64,000 nt of DNA from Phoronis australis. Taxonomy: Eukaryota > Animalia > Phoronida. Both the position numbers and the translations under genes were made by a program. Below are positions 1 to 12,496 of the stretch, one piece after another. Below the pieces are notes generated by a model. The model was given only the letters and a program-made list of their open reading frames with translations, had not been told where the DNA came from and ran no database searches. The stretch covers positions 434,001 to 498,000 of the forward strand of contig NMRA01000119.1 in NCBI GenBank assembly GCA_002633005.1, given 5' to 3'. Each line of letters starts with the position of its first letter. Position 1 is the stretch's first letter.

Positions 1-219
1 GCTTATCAAGCCATAAATGACACCTAGAGCTCCATTTTGACCACACTATCAACATAGAAGACAAGAAGTGTTAACTGAACATCATTTCACAACTCAAGTT
101 TTAGAGCATCACAACTGAATTGAAATGAAATCAAAACATTTGACACTCGCCATTGTCAATCAAGATGCCCCAAGGTGATAGTCATTTTATCGAAGCAACA
201 CGCAATACATAGTGGTTCA

Positions 220-225
220 TTTATT
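220..225 (-). promoter_or_regulatory. Candidate polyadenylation signal of the ACP7-like gene
   Basis: AATAAA on the minus strand about 530 nt after the stop codon; AT-rich context limits specificity. Confidence 0.4.
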
Positions 226-750
226 AAATCTCTGTAACAAAATAATGTTCCAAAGCCCTATCCAAACTTAAAATCTTTTAGCAAAGCTGAATATGCCAGA
301 AAGTATCACCAATGTTTCAGGCAAGTTGATTGTTATTCTATAGAAAGTACAGGGTCCACTTTTTTGAGACAGGTTTGCAGTTTCAGGGGAGGCAATAACC
401 ATGCAATACCAGACAACAAAATCTGTTTGGCAAAATCCCCAGGGTTTAACATCATTCAAAATGTGTTCGCATTTATAATGCACCAATAAATGATAAATAT
501 TAACAAAAACAATCATGTTAGAATTCTCATTTACTAATGTGGAAATGTTTGAGTTCTGACAGTTATATTATTTTCAAGACCAACTACTGCTTCAACAACA
601 AATATCTGTATTTGCTGTGAAAGCTATGAACTAACAAAATGCATTTCAAAAACGTGAAACCGTAACGTTTCAATATGTAGACTCATTACAACTAAAAACT
701 TCCTCATCAACAAACACAATAGAAGAGATTCACCAAGCTAAGCCGCAGCT

Positions 751-981
751 TTAAAGCTTAAGATACTGGTGTCCTCCATTTTTCATGCCAAGAAACTTCC
801 TAGGTTTCTTTCCATACCAAGCACGGCGGCCATGTTTGAAGGGTGGGCGTGGCTTTCTTCCTTTATTGGCAGCAATCCAGTCTCCTGCGTAATCCTCAAA
901 TTTCCAGTAGCGCCCTCTGCATCCCTTGTAAGGACCGTGATAGTCTTTGACAACTGTGACACGGTTGACTATGGCTCCACC
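751..981 (-). CDS. ACP7: ACP7-like exon 12 (terminal, with basic tail)
   Basis: GGAIVNRVTVVKDYHGPYKGCRGRYWKFEDYAGDWIAANKGRKPRPPFKHGRRAWYGKKPRKFLGMKNGGHQYLKL*; catttag acceptor, TAA at 753-751. Confidence 0.88.
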   Translation of the reverse strand, partial: GGAIVNRVTVVKDYHGPYKGCRGRYWKFEDYAGDWIAANKGRKPRPPFKHGRRAWYGKKPRKFLGMKNGGHQYLKL

Positions 982-3900
982 CTAAATGAAACGAATAAAA
1001 ATGTGAAATAGGGGACAGGCGACAAATGGCACTGAACAAAACTGTACACGACACACGCAGCTATTTTTTGAAGTTGTTAAAAGCACAAGTCTTACACGGC
1101 ATATTATTGGAGACCACCCACAGCAGGGGTAGTCTCTATTAATTACACTTGACCCACCTTATCATCAGAGACCTGCTCCATGTAAAGATGTGTACTGTTC
1201 ATGATCTTCATACGAGTGTAGCCGTAGTCCACAGTTCTGTTGGCAGACCATGGAGCTGGAGGGCCAAAATAGTCATGGATCTCGTTGCAGCCCTATCAAC
1301 GATAAACAACAACCTGGGTTTAGCACTAAGCAGCAAGATGAAATGTTCTGACTTACCTCAAAGAATTCATCATGGAAATTGTGATAATGAATGTGGATAT
1401 GCATACAATTATTTTGACATGAAAACACAGTAGCAAAGTGACAGAGATTGGGCATGAAGAAGGACGTAACTTCCCGATTTATTCAAGACCTCTGTAATGA
1501 ACTTGAAAACAGGCCAATAGCCAGCTGTAAAAGTCTTGTCGCCCATTTTGTTTCTCACCAATGGCCATTGGGTCAAATGAAAGTCAGTGTAGTGCTCTCA
1601 CCATGGTAAGGAGTTACATGGGTCAAGCCAACTGGAACCTGGTCTTGACAAACTAGTATGAACTGTCAGTTCTTCCCAAGCCATATGATCACGTCTGACT
1701 TGAGTGAGGAACAAGCCGAGACTGTATAAGAATATGCAAATCTTGGACTGGAGTGAAAATATAGATCGCAAACATTTTTAAGTCTTGTCTAGAAACCACC
1801 TGTTGGTCACACCATGTGACCTAATTAGGTGGCGTGTAGACCAGACTTAACAACAACATTTGTGAACATGCCGAGACCAGGAAATTTTTCATGGCTAATA
1901 AAATAAGAAAGCAGAATTTGTTCCGAGCAAAAAATTCATTTAGTGGAAATTAAGGCGACTCCGTGACAAATAATCTGATCCTTGAATGTAACCAGTTAAC
2001 TTAACATATCACAGTAAACACAAATGACAAAAAATTCACCCTTACCCCTGATCCAGTAATGATGTGAATAGGTGCTGGAGCATTATGGTAGGGGCTTTCA
2101 GTGCCATTGCACACCTGAAAGAAACCAACTGGAGAATTACATACGGAGCTTCAATTCAATCCATTGCTTCATACTTATTTAGTAAATTCAGCTAATAATA
2201 CTCTGACTGGTTCAATTAGTTAAAAAGCAGTATTTCATCCTATTCATAGATGGCTTAAAATTGACTTTTCACTCTTTGTAAAAATATGCCTTAACTTGAG
2301 AATCCATCTGTGTTACCAATTCAAGTCACAAGCAATGTGCCCAATTGTGTCATTTTCAACTTTGCAATTTCAGGGTTGTCTAACACCAATAAACTCAGAA
2401 GTGTTTTCTTCAGCCCCTGGCAGTTTTGATGTTCTTATTGGTTATGTAAGGAATATTATGAGGCCGGTTTTATAGTTCTACCTCGAGTCTGAAACACCAA
2501 GGCTACAAGATGGACTATGAACCACAACACAACACTACGAAACTCTATCATATCAACATACCGTTCTATTATACACTGGCCAGAGTCTCTCATAAGAATG
2601 TTCGTGAGCCCACAATTCAATGTCCACGCCATATTTGTAGAACAAGTCTTCCAAACCATATGCCTCTATAATTCCGGTACGAATCTAGAATGGCAGTTAG
2701 GAGTGATCAACAAATCAAAGTTGCAGTCTTTAATGAACAATTACACAAATTCCATAATAAAAACTTTTCAAAAACCTGATCATTCTTGTTCTCCACTGGG
2801 TGAACCAATTTAAGCATTGACAAAAAGTGGCATGACCACTAAGAACACAAGAATCACAATAGCTAGCAATATTGTAGCAATGTTTCGTACCCTGCTTTCA
2901 TCCTGTGTGCAATCATCTGTGTTGAAATTGCTGCAGTACATAGGACGGTGTCCCATGGTGATGATCCATGGACGTTTGGCTCGGTTCTCTGGTTTGTTTG
3001 CTTCCTGAAAAGTAGCAATTTACATTAATGTGGAGTCCTAATAGTTCTCATGTTTAGTATGATGTCATTTTGACATTGTAGACCCAGTTGAATTGAGCTT
3101 AAAATGACAAAATTAAAACAACAATAATAATAATGATAATGCCACTTTGTACATAGTGCTTTGGAATCTAAAGCTTTAGATTCCAAAGCACTTTAGAAAT
3201 TACAGCCAGGGTAGTGACCTGGTCAGTCTAAATTGTTCTCAGATCCCGTTTTTGGTGCACACTGATTAATTCAAACACACAACTGTATAATAGTTTCAAG
3301 AACCAAATGCCCTGTGGTTACATAAAAGGGAAAGTATCCAAGTTATGAAAAGTTGTTGACACTGTGATGTAAGAGTTGCTATTCCTTTTTCCAAGTCAAA
3401 ATTGCATCATTAGAGGGCCAGACAGGGTGTCTCTTAAACATCCATGGAGCTCCTAATATAAACAAGAGCTACACATAGCATTGAAATGCACCTACCAATG
3501 CACCCCAACTGATAGGTTCCTAGGTGAATTTATTAGTATCATACGAATGACCACTACATGGCATAGAATACATACAATCTGTCCAAAATGTCAAGCAACT
3601 CTAAAGATGCAAAGGAAACATAAAATCAAATTGCCCGTTCAGCAGATAAAGAGGCAGATAACACAAACACTCAAAAATATTGTAAGCGTCCACCAGCTGG
3701 AGCAGAATACCTTGAATCCGTCCAAAAATGGAAGAGTCATCGCATTGTTAATATAAACCTACTTGCCAAATTTCATGAAAATCCATCAAGGAACTCCAAA
3801 GATAGAGGCAAATGTAAAATACTACTATTGCCACTAGGGGGCATAACAGTAGTCAAATCCATCTGAAAGTTGTCACCATTTGTCATCAGCTCCGTAGGAA

Positions 3901-6900
3901 CATATCTATCAACTTTCATGAAGCTCGTTCGAGGCAGTTTGAAGATACAGCAGCGGACGTCAGACGCTCAGACAACGACGCCCCGATATCACTATGCACC
4001 GACTTTATTTTATGTACATGTGGTTGCATATAAATATAATTATAGAATTCACAAGAGCACAGAAGACAAATAATGATATTACTTTGAAGAAAGAATATTT
4101 TTTTCATGCAGTAAATGTTTTAATTTTCAGGCATTCAATATTTTGAATGGAAAACTGATGGAAAAATAGTAAAGAGAACTACTACATCATATTTTTCACT
4201 ACAAAATACAAAAACGATCTTTAGGCTTTAACATTACCTGAAGATCTCTCTCTAACCACTTGTACTGGTTCAGGATCTGGTTGAGCCCGTAATTAATATA
4301 GAAGTACACCTCAGTGGAGAAACCAATGATATGTGCAGGACCCATGTTGAAACTAAAACAGATAAAACATGCTGAACGATGACCTGGGCCTGGGCTCTAA
4401 TCTCAATAATGATCGGATATAAAGTGCCCAAATTTTGAGAACCAGTTTTCTCCACTGAATAACGGGCATCAAACTGGTTCTCAAAATACGGGCACATTAC
4501 ATCCGACTATTGCCCTAAACTCTGTAATCAAAAAATTGACCTAATGCATGGCACGCTTCAAGTCAATCTATATATTATTTCAATCATGCAGCATGATAGG
4601 TTATAAAAAACAAGCTGAGCCCAAGTCTAGGGATTAGACTCATGGCCCTGAAGTATCAAAAATACAATATAGGTAAAAACCATGAAACGCTCTTCGTTAT
4701 CTTTACTGGGAATAAAAATATCACGTGTTCAATTACTGTTCCATATGCCTTTAACCATGAAAGCATCAACTGTAAAATAATAGATTTACAGATAATAGTA
4801 GATGACAATTTCGTGAATTATTGTCAGTTTAATGGTTCCTCAAAGGATAGTGTTTCAGGCCCTTCAATACAGACCACAGTTTACTGACTGACTGCTCTAT
4901 TATTAGATACACTCAACGGCACGCCCAGTAAGTAAATCACACAATAAATAACACCCAGGACAAAGTCATGTCCGGTACCTGTAGAAGAGACTGTGTCCAT
5001 CCCCTCCTGGCATGTTAAAGCGGTTCACATAGTTGGAGAAGTTGCTATAACAAAAAGCAACATAACTTAAAAACTGGATTTTGCCATTTGGCAGGCTAAA
5101 ATGAAAATCAAATCGAGCATTTCACTACAAAAACTGGGCTCATCATATTCCTAACCATGATAGGGTTCCATAAACCATTATACCAACTTAAGTCACAGGC
5201 AATGTGCTATTTTCGAACTTGCAATTTTAGGGTTGGCAAATCCCAATAAACTCGTCTTGTATTTCCTTGAGTCGCTGATGGTTTTAGTGTTCTTGATGGT
5301 AAGAGAAATAGCATGCTATCATGAGTGGAATGTTATGGCACCGATTTTATGAGAGTAAAAGGCGTAATTCAATCTTCCCTTTTTAGCCAACTAAACTGAG
5401 CAAACTGCAGCTTTAATGTCAGAAAGTCGTACATAACAAAAAATGCTTTACAAAACGACACTGCGACATATTAAAGAACAATAATATCGCACTAAATTGA
5501 ATGTGCCTTCTGCAAAAAATACAATTTGGCATGTCACTGAGGATAAATAACAGAGGTCCAGAACTTTGAAGTAGTTTGGCTGCAAAAAAGTACAGAAATC
5601 TGTCCAATGTAATTTTGAAAATAAAACAAAAGAATATGAGGAACAACAAATTGCTTGTGATACATTATATTTGCATTTTTTTTTCTAAAAGGTAAGTGCG
5701 TAGTACCAAGTAAGGCTTTTGATTGCAATTACAAACGTGCACATTCGATACAATAGTCAATATTTGGTATTTTCTGTACAACGTTACTGACGTGTTTATA
5801 TATAAGAGAAACATTTTTGGCGCCAAATGGGACCTTCCTCTTTTCTAACGGAATTTTAAGGAACTGGAACTGTTTTTCAATAGCCTAAAACCATACAAGC
5901 GTATGCAGAGAAGATTAAATTTCTATTCTCCACTGCGACCATTCACCATTAACTTCACTGCACGCTGTATTCAAATGATCAATCAGCGAATTTAAAGACC
6001 CCGTGGATCAACTTTCTGAAATTTTTGGGGGCCATTTCACTTTCTTAGGGTCTGTGAAAACAGTCCAGAAATCATAACTGTAGACTAACATAGAATCACA
6101 CACTAATTGTGCTGCAAAATGAAGCAAAATAGGCCAAGGTTTATCAGTGGAGAATGCAGGAAGATATTTAAGAAATTGAAACTGGTGGTTTCATTTCTCA
6201 CACTTTATGAAAATTGTAAAATTGTTTCCATGGTTACGCACACATGTACTCCATATTGGTGACCTTCAGAATAGAAGCATCAACTGACACAAAAGTGCAG
6301 CTTCGGGTGAACACTGCTGAAAACACTTAAGTAATTGATATACTAAGTGTACTTAATAAATGAATATTTACTGTACAGTAAATGCAAACAACTTACTATT
6401 TCTGCTCATGATTTCCAACACAGGTCATATAAGGAACGTAGGCACCCACGGTCTCTATCTGTTTCATAAAGTCATCTCCCACTTCACCGTTATTCTGGGG
6501 ATTAGCAAGACAGTATGAGTTAATCATGAGGACGATAAAGTCTCAATCAAATTTCTTCCATGCAGGGGAATTTTACCAACACCTTTTTAAAGCTGTATGT
6601 AAAACTTAAAACCTAGAGGTGTCTGATGACTCATAGGCATCAACCGAGTTAATAGAGCGTTACAAACTGAAAGACAGCATTTTTACTACCTAAACTAGTT
6701 CACATGCAATTACAGGATTTCCACTTAATAATCCTTTGAGCACACTAAGGATATGGTAGGCTGTCTAGAAGCATTGGTGAACAATAGGGTGACCTGTGTA
6801 ACAACCATGTCAGTATATCACTGGTGGACTTGAAGGAACACAGTACCTTGTGGCTGGACAAATAACCCCCAATGTCTGATGACACTGAATTACCCTATTC

Positions 6901-9900
6901 CATTCAACTGACAGTCACATTATTTTTGATGTAGGTCTTTCCATTAATGTTTTTATCTTTACTTAATAATATCTAACATACATTCAACAAATGACCTGGT
7001 CCACTCCTACACTGGCCACAGGTCTTTTTTAGAAACAATCAAAACGTAAGATATTTTTTCCAAAATATTATAACACTTGTCTTACAAAATCAGGAAAACT
7101 GGAAGACTGAGTATTTCAACTATAAGATCAAAATAAAAACAAAGGTCTGAATCAGCCTTGCCAAATTAGCTGTTGCAAAGAAAATTATCTTACTTACATC
7201 ATCCAAGTTGTAGGCAAAGTCACCTGGAAATTAGAAATGATAACATTATGATGAGTAATGGTTGGATACAACATGCCAGCATTATGAGAAACACTTTTCT
7301 CCACTGAATAACGCGCACCAAACTGGTTCTCAAAATGGGAGAATGTTACATCCCGACTATTGCCGATTGACTGAAGTAAGCATTTAGTTGTAAGATGACG
7401 TGGGACTAAACGACTTCCACGTTCTGCATGGCACTAGGCTAACAAACCACGGACTTTTAATTTCTCGATATTAACACTATGTGGGTTAACACAAACAATA
7501 CACTATACAACTCATATCAATACCGTCATCATTCAAGGGTGCAGTCCTGTCTGTCAGAGTTCCCAATACTCACCCACATGTAAGATGGCATCATACATAT
7601 TGCTTTGCACTTCCTCCTGTAGCCGCCCCAGAGACTGAGCATTGTCGTTGCCTAGGTCACCATAGATAGCAAACGTAGGGCTCCAGTTGGTGCCATCTTT
7701 CATGGCACTAAAGTGGAACACACTACTCCAACCAAGGGGGCCCCCGCAGTGGTAGTCTGGAAAACATTCCTAGATCTCACATATGGCCACATCATAACTT
7801 CCTTGCTAGTGTAGGTCAGTCCAGTTATTTTTTTAGTGCAACATAAGTATAAGACAAAAAAATAATAGTACCACAAAGTAGCCCAGAAAATGAATCACTA
7901 TATCTAGGCTTTTAGATATACACAGTAACAACAAAATAAACATTCTGAATAATTTTTAAAATAAAACTATAACAATCAATCGGCAATAACACAAAGAAAA
8001 TAACAAAAACAAAAGGAAAAAATATATTAACAAAAAAAAAAATAAAAAATAAAAAGTAATAAAACCAAAACCAAAAGCTCAGCGCGGTGTAGACATTAAC
8101 AGTTATTAACAGGATGATAAAATATAGTTGCCCAGGATTAAAAATGGACATACTTTAATTCCCACATCCCAAAACCATAGCTCTTAATTTGCAGGGATAG
8201 CAAAATGTATTTTACAATTAACATAGTTTTTTAAAATAGGGCTGCCAATGCACTTCAGTGCCGAGTCGGATGAGTGAAAGTTTTATTGCTTTTCACTTTA
8301 AGTTAATGTATATTTCAAATTCTTTAATGTCTGTATTACAACTCATTGTGCAACTGACTTAATTCGCATCAGACGAACAAACGGCAAATTACTGGTAGTT
8401 GTAAAATATAACAGAGGTTAAAACAGCAGCAGTAGTATGCAACTGTGGAACACATGCCCTACATATATGAAGCATTGTGGCTAAATAGCACAGAATGAGG
8501 GAGGATGCTGCGGTATTCGGGCAAGTGCCCATTGCTTCTAAGCAAGGTTTGGAAACATTCTCATGGGCAAATTATTATTGTGTGCTACTGCCATTGTAAT
8601 GCATCAAAAGATAAACTAAATGCGACAATAATGATTACGCTCAGTAAATAATGTCCTCAGAATTAAGTAGTTTCATATCAATAACAAACGAAATCCTTCC
8701 TGGTTTCCATGACACTTTACATAAAGACAATATATATTAATGCCTACTCTCCCTAATTTATTTGCTTGTTAACTCAGATAAGTGCTGTATAACCAGTGGA
8801 CAAGTCTTTGAATGGATAATCATGGCTAAAGCAAAATAGTTTAATGTACAGCTACGATTTTCAGCTCCCAGTATGTTTTTGGTTTTCCATCTTCTGCGGA
8901 ACAACTTCCACCTCACAGTATGAACATTTAACCACAGGGGCATTTTCAGGACGGTACTTCTGTCATACTGAAGTTAACAACCACATGCAGCGCCATCTTA
9001 CGGGAATGAATCGGCAATGGGGGCGACATTCAGCCCCATAATTGAGGCATTGAGGGCCCTGCCACTGATTGTTTAAAAGTATGGATTCATAAGCTTGAGT
9101 TTGTAACTTTGGCTTGACCTAATTAGTGTAGTGCAAGACTTAAAATTTAGGAACTTAAGCCAATAATCCTGGGGTACTCGACTTTTTGTCGAAGCCCAGT
9201 TCATGTGGCAAATTAGCATAACCATCCATTCACAGAGTGGACTTCGAAAAAAGGAACCCATTTGTAGGAAGCTTCCATAAAAAGTTACTCTTTTGTATGG
9301 TTTTGTTTAAAAAAATGCTACACCTTTTATAGGGTTTAATTCCATGGACCTGTAAATCATTCTTAGGGAGTCTTGGGCAACTCACTATCAAAGCTTGAAA
9401 TAGTACAAGAGGAGATGCCATGCTGTTCAAAATTATGTTCATCTTTTAAAACCAAAGTTGCAATAATATAAATAAAATTGAAACTCTCTTTTGTGTAGTT
9501 GTAAAAGGGAACCTTATATCCAGGTTGGAACTCCCAGTGAACCCTTCAGAAGAGAATCATATCGTAAAAGTTACCCTTTAGAAATGATGCATCTCAGATA
9601 CCAGCACCTTTTCTATGGGAGTACTCCAAGGCTACTATAACCCACAAATAGCAGCATGAGTTGCATTTCAACTCAACAATAAATCGTTTCATAATAAATG
9701 TGAACTTACAATATTTCCTGCCTGGGTATAAATCTTTCAAGATGACTTTGTGCATGAAGCGCCATCGCTTCTGTGGTCCGCCATCTACAAACAAGTGAAC
9801 GTTCCCCTTGGCGGTGAATTCCCTGAACAATTCCTCAGATAGTCCATATTCCACAATAGAGTCTGTAGCATTAGACATTGTGACCCACGATATTATCATC

Positions 9901-10737
9901 TGAGTGGGAGTTTCTAAAAGAAATAATATCTCTTATCTAACAATTGACTGAGCAAATGCTGTGCTTCATAAGTTGGTTGGGATTTAGCCTAGATACAAAG
10001 CTGTATACTAAGAGCTAGCTGGCTGGCTAGTCCAGATTAAGGTATTGTGACAAGGCTGACTAATGCTGTAATTGTTTTGCTCCACAAAAAGAACCTTAGA
10101 TGAGTGGCCCTTCTTGGAGACAGTGGTTCTTGTACAAATCTATTGACGAGGTACAACTACAAGGTGACCATGAAAGGTGAAGAGTTTCTAATGAACTTGT
10201 TAAACAAAATTGGAATATCAATTCTCTGCATAATTAAGATAAGACGGATAGGTTTGCGATTTCTTTGGTGATCTCCAAACAGCAGTAATGTATGTAATGC
10301 CAGTCAACAAATCAGCTCTGACTCCAAACAGTTTGAGATTCAGCATAGGTGCCTGGCCATTTTGATGTAGCTGGGAGAACAATCATCTCACACAATTTCG
10401 TAGTCACTTAGTTACACTTAGTTATCTTACAGTCTTTACGTGGCACTGGTCGGATATAGCGGGTCCCTGATTTTGAGAACCAGGTAATCACTGAATAACG
10501 GGCGCGTTATTGAGCGAATGAAACTCAGGTTTTCAAAAATCAGGATGCAAACAGTGACAGTGACGGTGTCCTTGGCTTTGACTCAGTACCTACCACAACA
10601 GTGTGAATATGTTTACATCACGTACCGCCATATGAAATGTGAACTTGTTCTGGTTGATAATGCGACTCTCCTGTAGCTGTTGCAATCACAGCAGCCAAAA
10701 CTGTCACCAACGTCAGAGTCCAGCCTTTGGTCTTCAT
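751..10737 (-). CDS. ACP7: Purple acid phosphatase, acid phosphatase type 7-like; 12 coding exons, 491 aa, secreted
   Basis: Manually spliced exons (minus): 10626-10737, 9710-9913, 7574-7756, 7198-7223, 6397-6494, 4979-5044, 4238-4352, 2891-3004, 2562-2684, 2046-2114, 1158-1292, 751-981. All introns are GT-AG, phases are consistent, total 1476 nt. Signal peptide, N-terminal PEQVHISYG, and all PAP metal-ligand motifs present: GDLG, GDFAY, GNHE, MGHRP, AHEH. Confidence 0.96.
1158..1292 (-). CDS. ACP7: ACP7-like exon 11
   Basis: GCNEIHDYFGPPAPWSANRTVDYGYTRMKIMNSTHLYMEQVSDDK. Confidence 0.95.
2046..2114 (-). CDS. ACP7: ACP7-like exon 10
   Basis: VCNGTESPYHNAPAPIHIITGSG. Confidence 0.94.
2318..2450 (+). 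repeat. Interspersed repeat; related copies at about 5185-5415 and 31002-31275
   Basis: Shared core caattcaagtcaca(a/g)gcaatg...gcaattt(c/t)agggttg...aataaactc in three places. Confidence 0.7.
2562..2684 (-). CDS. ACP7: ACP7-like exon 9
   Basis: IRTGIIEAYGLEDLFYKYGVDIELWAHEHSYERLWPVYNRT. Confidence 0.95.
2891..3004 (-). CDS. ACP7: ACP7-like exon 8
   Basis: EANKPENRAKRPWIITMGHRPMYCSNFNTDDCTQDESR. Confidence 0.95.
4238..4352 (-). CDS. ACP7: ACP7-like exon 7
   Basis: FNMGPAHIIGFSTEVYFYINYGLNQILNQYKWLERDLQ. Confidence 0.95.
4414..4513. mobile_element. Short foldback MITE (about 100 bp); other copies at about 7285-7365 and 10445-10545
   Basis: Inverted arms ggat..gtgccc..attttgagaaccagttt / aaactggttctcaaaat.cgggcac..atcc around a shared ccactgaataacg core; three copies, all in ACP7 introns. 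Confidence 0.7.
4979..5044 (-). CDS. ACP7: ACP7-like exon 6
   Basis: YNFSNYVNRFNMPGGDGHSLFYS. Confidence 0.94.
6397..6494 (-). CDS. ACP7: ACP7-like exon 5
   Basis: NNGEVGDDFMKQIETVGAYVPYMTCVGNHEQK. Confidence 0.95.
7198..7223 (-). CDS. ACP7: ACP7-like exon 4 (26-nt microexon)
   Basis: GDFAYNLDD; ttccag acceptor, gtaagt donor. Confidence 0.93.
7574..7756 (-). CDS. ACP7: ACP7-like exon 3
   Basis: YYHCGGPLGWSSVFHF...FAIYGDLGNDNAQSLGRLQEEVQSNMYDAILHV; gtgagt donor. Confidence 0.95.
8760..9420 (+). pseudogene. Possible highly decayed Penelope-like reverse transcriptase fragment
   Basis: Only motif-like remnants (LLV.xD..LY-like near 8762, SAMGATFSP at about 9011-9037) in broken frames. Confidence 0.25.
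9710..9913 (-). CDS. ACP7: ACP7-like exon 2
   Basis: ETPTQMIISWVTM...FVDGGPQKRWRFMHKVILKDLYPGRKY; ttttag acceptor, gtaagt donor. Confidence 0.95.
10626..10737 (-). CDS. ACP7: ACP7-like exon 1 (signal peptide)
   Basis: MKTKGWTLTLVTVLAAVIATATGESHYQPEQVHISYG, donor gtacgt. Confidence 0.92.
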
Positions 10738-11104
10738 TTTCTGTGAACAGACTGAACCACTGATTCAGTGATTTGTTTGCTGACTTGCGGAAGTGAACCA
10801 TGCCATGTGACTTGATCACATGACTTTTTAACTCTCCCGGCAAGACGCGCACTGACTGAGGTACCAGTACGGTTGACGGGTAACCTTGGTCCACTACACG
10901 TTAGCGTTGACTTGCAAAACATGCGCGCACCCAGCCTTCATTGTGGGGGGGGGCTCGAATTTCTGTCGATGTGGACCTTTTGCCGACAAAATATCGGCAG
11001 GACTAAAAAATACTTGAACTTGAAAAACGTGGACCTTCAAACCGAACTGTGCGTCTGCGTTTTTTCAGTAGCGGACATTTGCCTCGTTTTTGTTTCTCTA
11101 CCTT

Positions 11105-11380
11105 TTTGCCCACTTCGCGGATCCAGGAATTTGAGTTAGGGGGGACCAGGGTACAGGAATAACCAGAATTTCGGCAGATACGCGCATCCAGCCTAGCTAA
11201 TTAAATGTCACTGGGGATGCAGGGTCTCGAATTTCTGTGTTTGCGGACTTTCTGACAAAAAAAATGTAAAAGGGATTTGTTCAGGGCCTATTCATTTGTT
11301 TAGTCACCCCCTGGTTTGTATCTAGTGGTAGAATTTTAGGGGGGTCATGGCCCCCTTGGCCCCCTCCCATTCGTCACTGG
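11105..11380. mobile_element. CAG(T/G)GGCGGAT-terminus MITE family (hAT-like); many copies in the window
   Basis: Termini ggcggatccagga / cagtggcggattta with catggcccccttggcccc core. Related copies at 23487-23641, 26391-26576, 29448-29508, 43205-43302, 48268-48400, 49440-49575, 50062-50218, 51750-51774, 51993-52036. Confidence 0.75.
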
Positions 11381-11696
11381 GGGGGACTGGGTGCGCGCAA
11401 GCGTAACATATGATTATGTCACAAAAGGCGACTATCTGTCACTGGATCTTTCTACAGAATTTCAAGCTTGCACTAATTCACCATGCGAAACATCCGAGGA
11501 CCATCATAAGGCGGGTACAGCCTTTGCGGAGCTCAGAGAGAAACGGTCGGAGAGGGAGAGACGGAGGGCGAGAGAGCGTTCTAGTAAAAAGCAGGGTGAA
11601 CAGTTATCTTTTTCCACATGATATAAGTTGAAAACCTGATATTGAAATAAATGTGCCTTTTTCACTTGTTAGGTTTGGTGTCTATTGGATGAAACC

Positions 11697-11860
11697 ATGG
11701 TAAAGGCCGCGAAAGCGTTTTCACACTCCGCAGTGGCTGGCTCGACCCGTTTCCGTCGGCAATAAAATACATTTGATGGCACGCATAACAAAGGTATAGT
11801 GTGCTTGCACTGTAATGAAACGCTTACAAGCGAAACACTTCAGGAAATATTAAAAATGAG
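11697..11860 (+). pseudogene. Possible relic of a TTF/BED-type zinc finger from a hAT-like transposase
   Basis: Broken frames give RF...WL..FP-like and VCLHCNETL; stops and frameshift present. Confidence 0.25.
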
Positions 11861-12496
11861 ACAGTCGCGTGTGATAGATCACTGAGAAGAAACTTCATTC
11901 GTAGATTTTGTTTGCTGACTGACGCCAAGGCCTGACGTTTCCTCACTCCCCGTGAGGTCGATCCGTCAGTATATGCATACATAATCATAATCATAGAACT
12001 CTAGCCCTGGAATACCAACTCCCGCACGCGTGACTCCACGTACGTTTGCGACCCCAAGACTAGCTTGCAAGGTTCCACACAATCAGCTATTTCTTGGCAA
12101 AATTAGTCAGCACGACAAACATAACTTAAAGGCGGAGCACCATGGAGGGGGCTATGGCCCCCCACTCATAGTTTGGACTCTGATATCTTTTCAGCTACAG
12201 TGGTAGAACCACTTTCTGACAACCTACCATACTAAAAGCCAGGAGTTTTTTCCGAACAAGATATCTTTGGGTGTTAAACTCATGTTACAGTATTTTACGA
12301 AGAAAAACAAGTTACATTTGGCCGAAATGAAATGTTTGGGCCCTGACGTAACTAGGTTATATTCGAAAATTACTCCGAAATGCTTAGCTAACTGTGTGTG
12401 TGGCGAAGGGGGTGCTTGTGCGTGTGCGAGAGGGGGCAAAATCTAAACCAACACAACTCGTTGGCCCGGATGGAAAATGGTAAAGGCTCAAATCCA

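Noticed and set aside
751-765. C-terminal LKL as a peroxisomal PTS1
   Set aside because: Leu at -3 is non-canonical and the protein has an N-terminal signal peptide.
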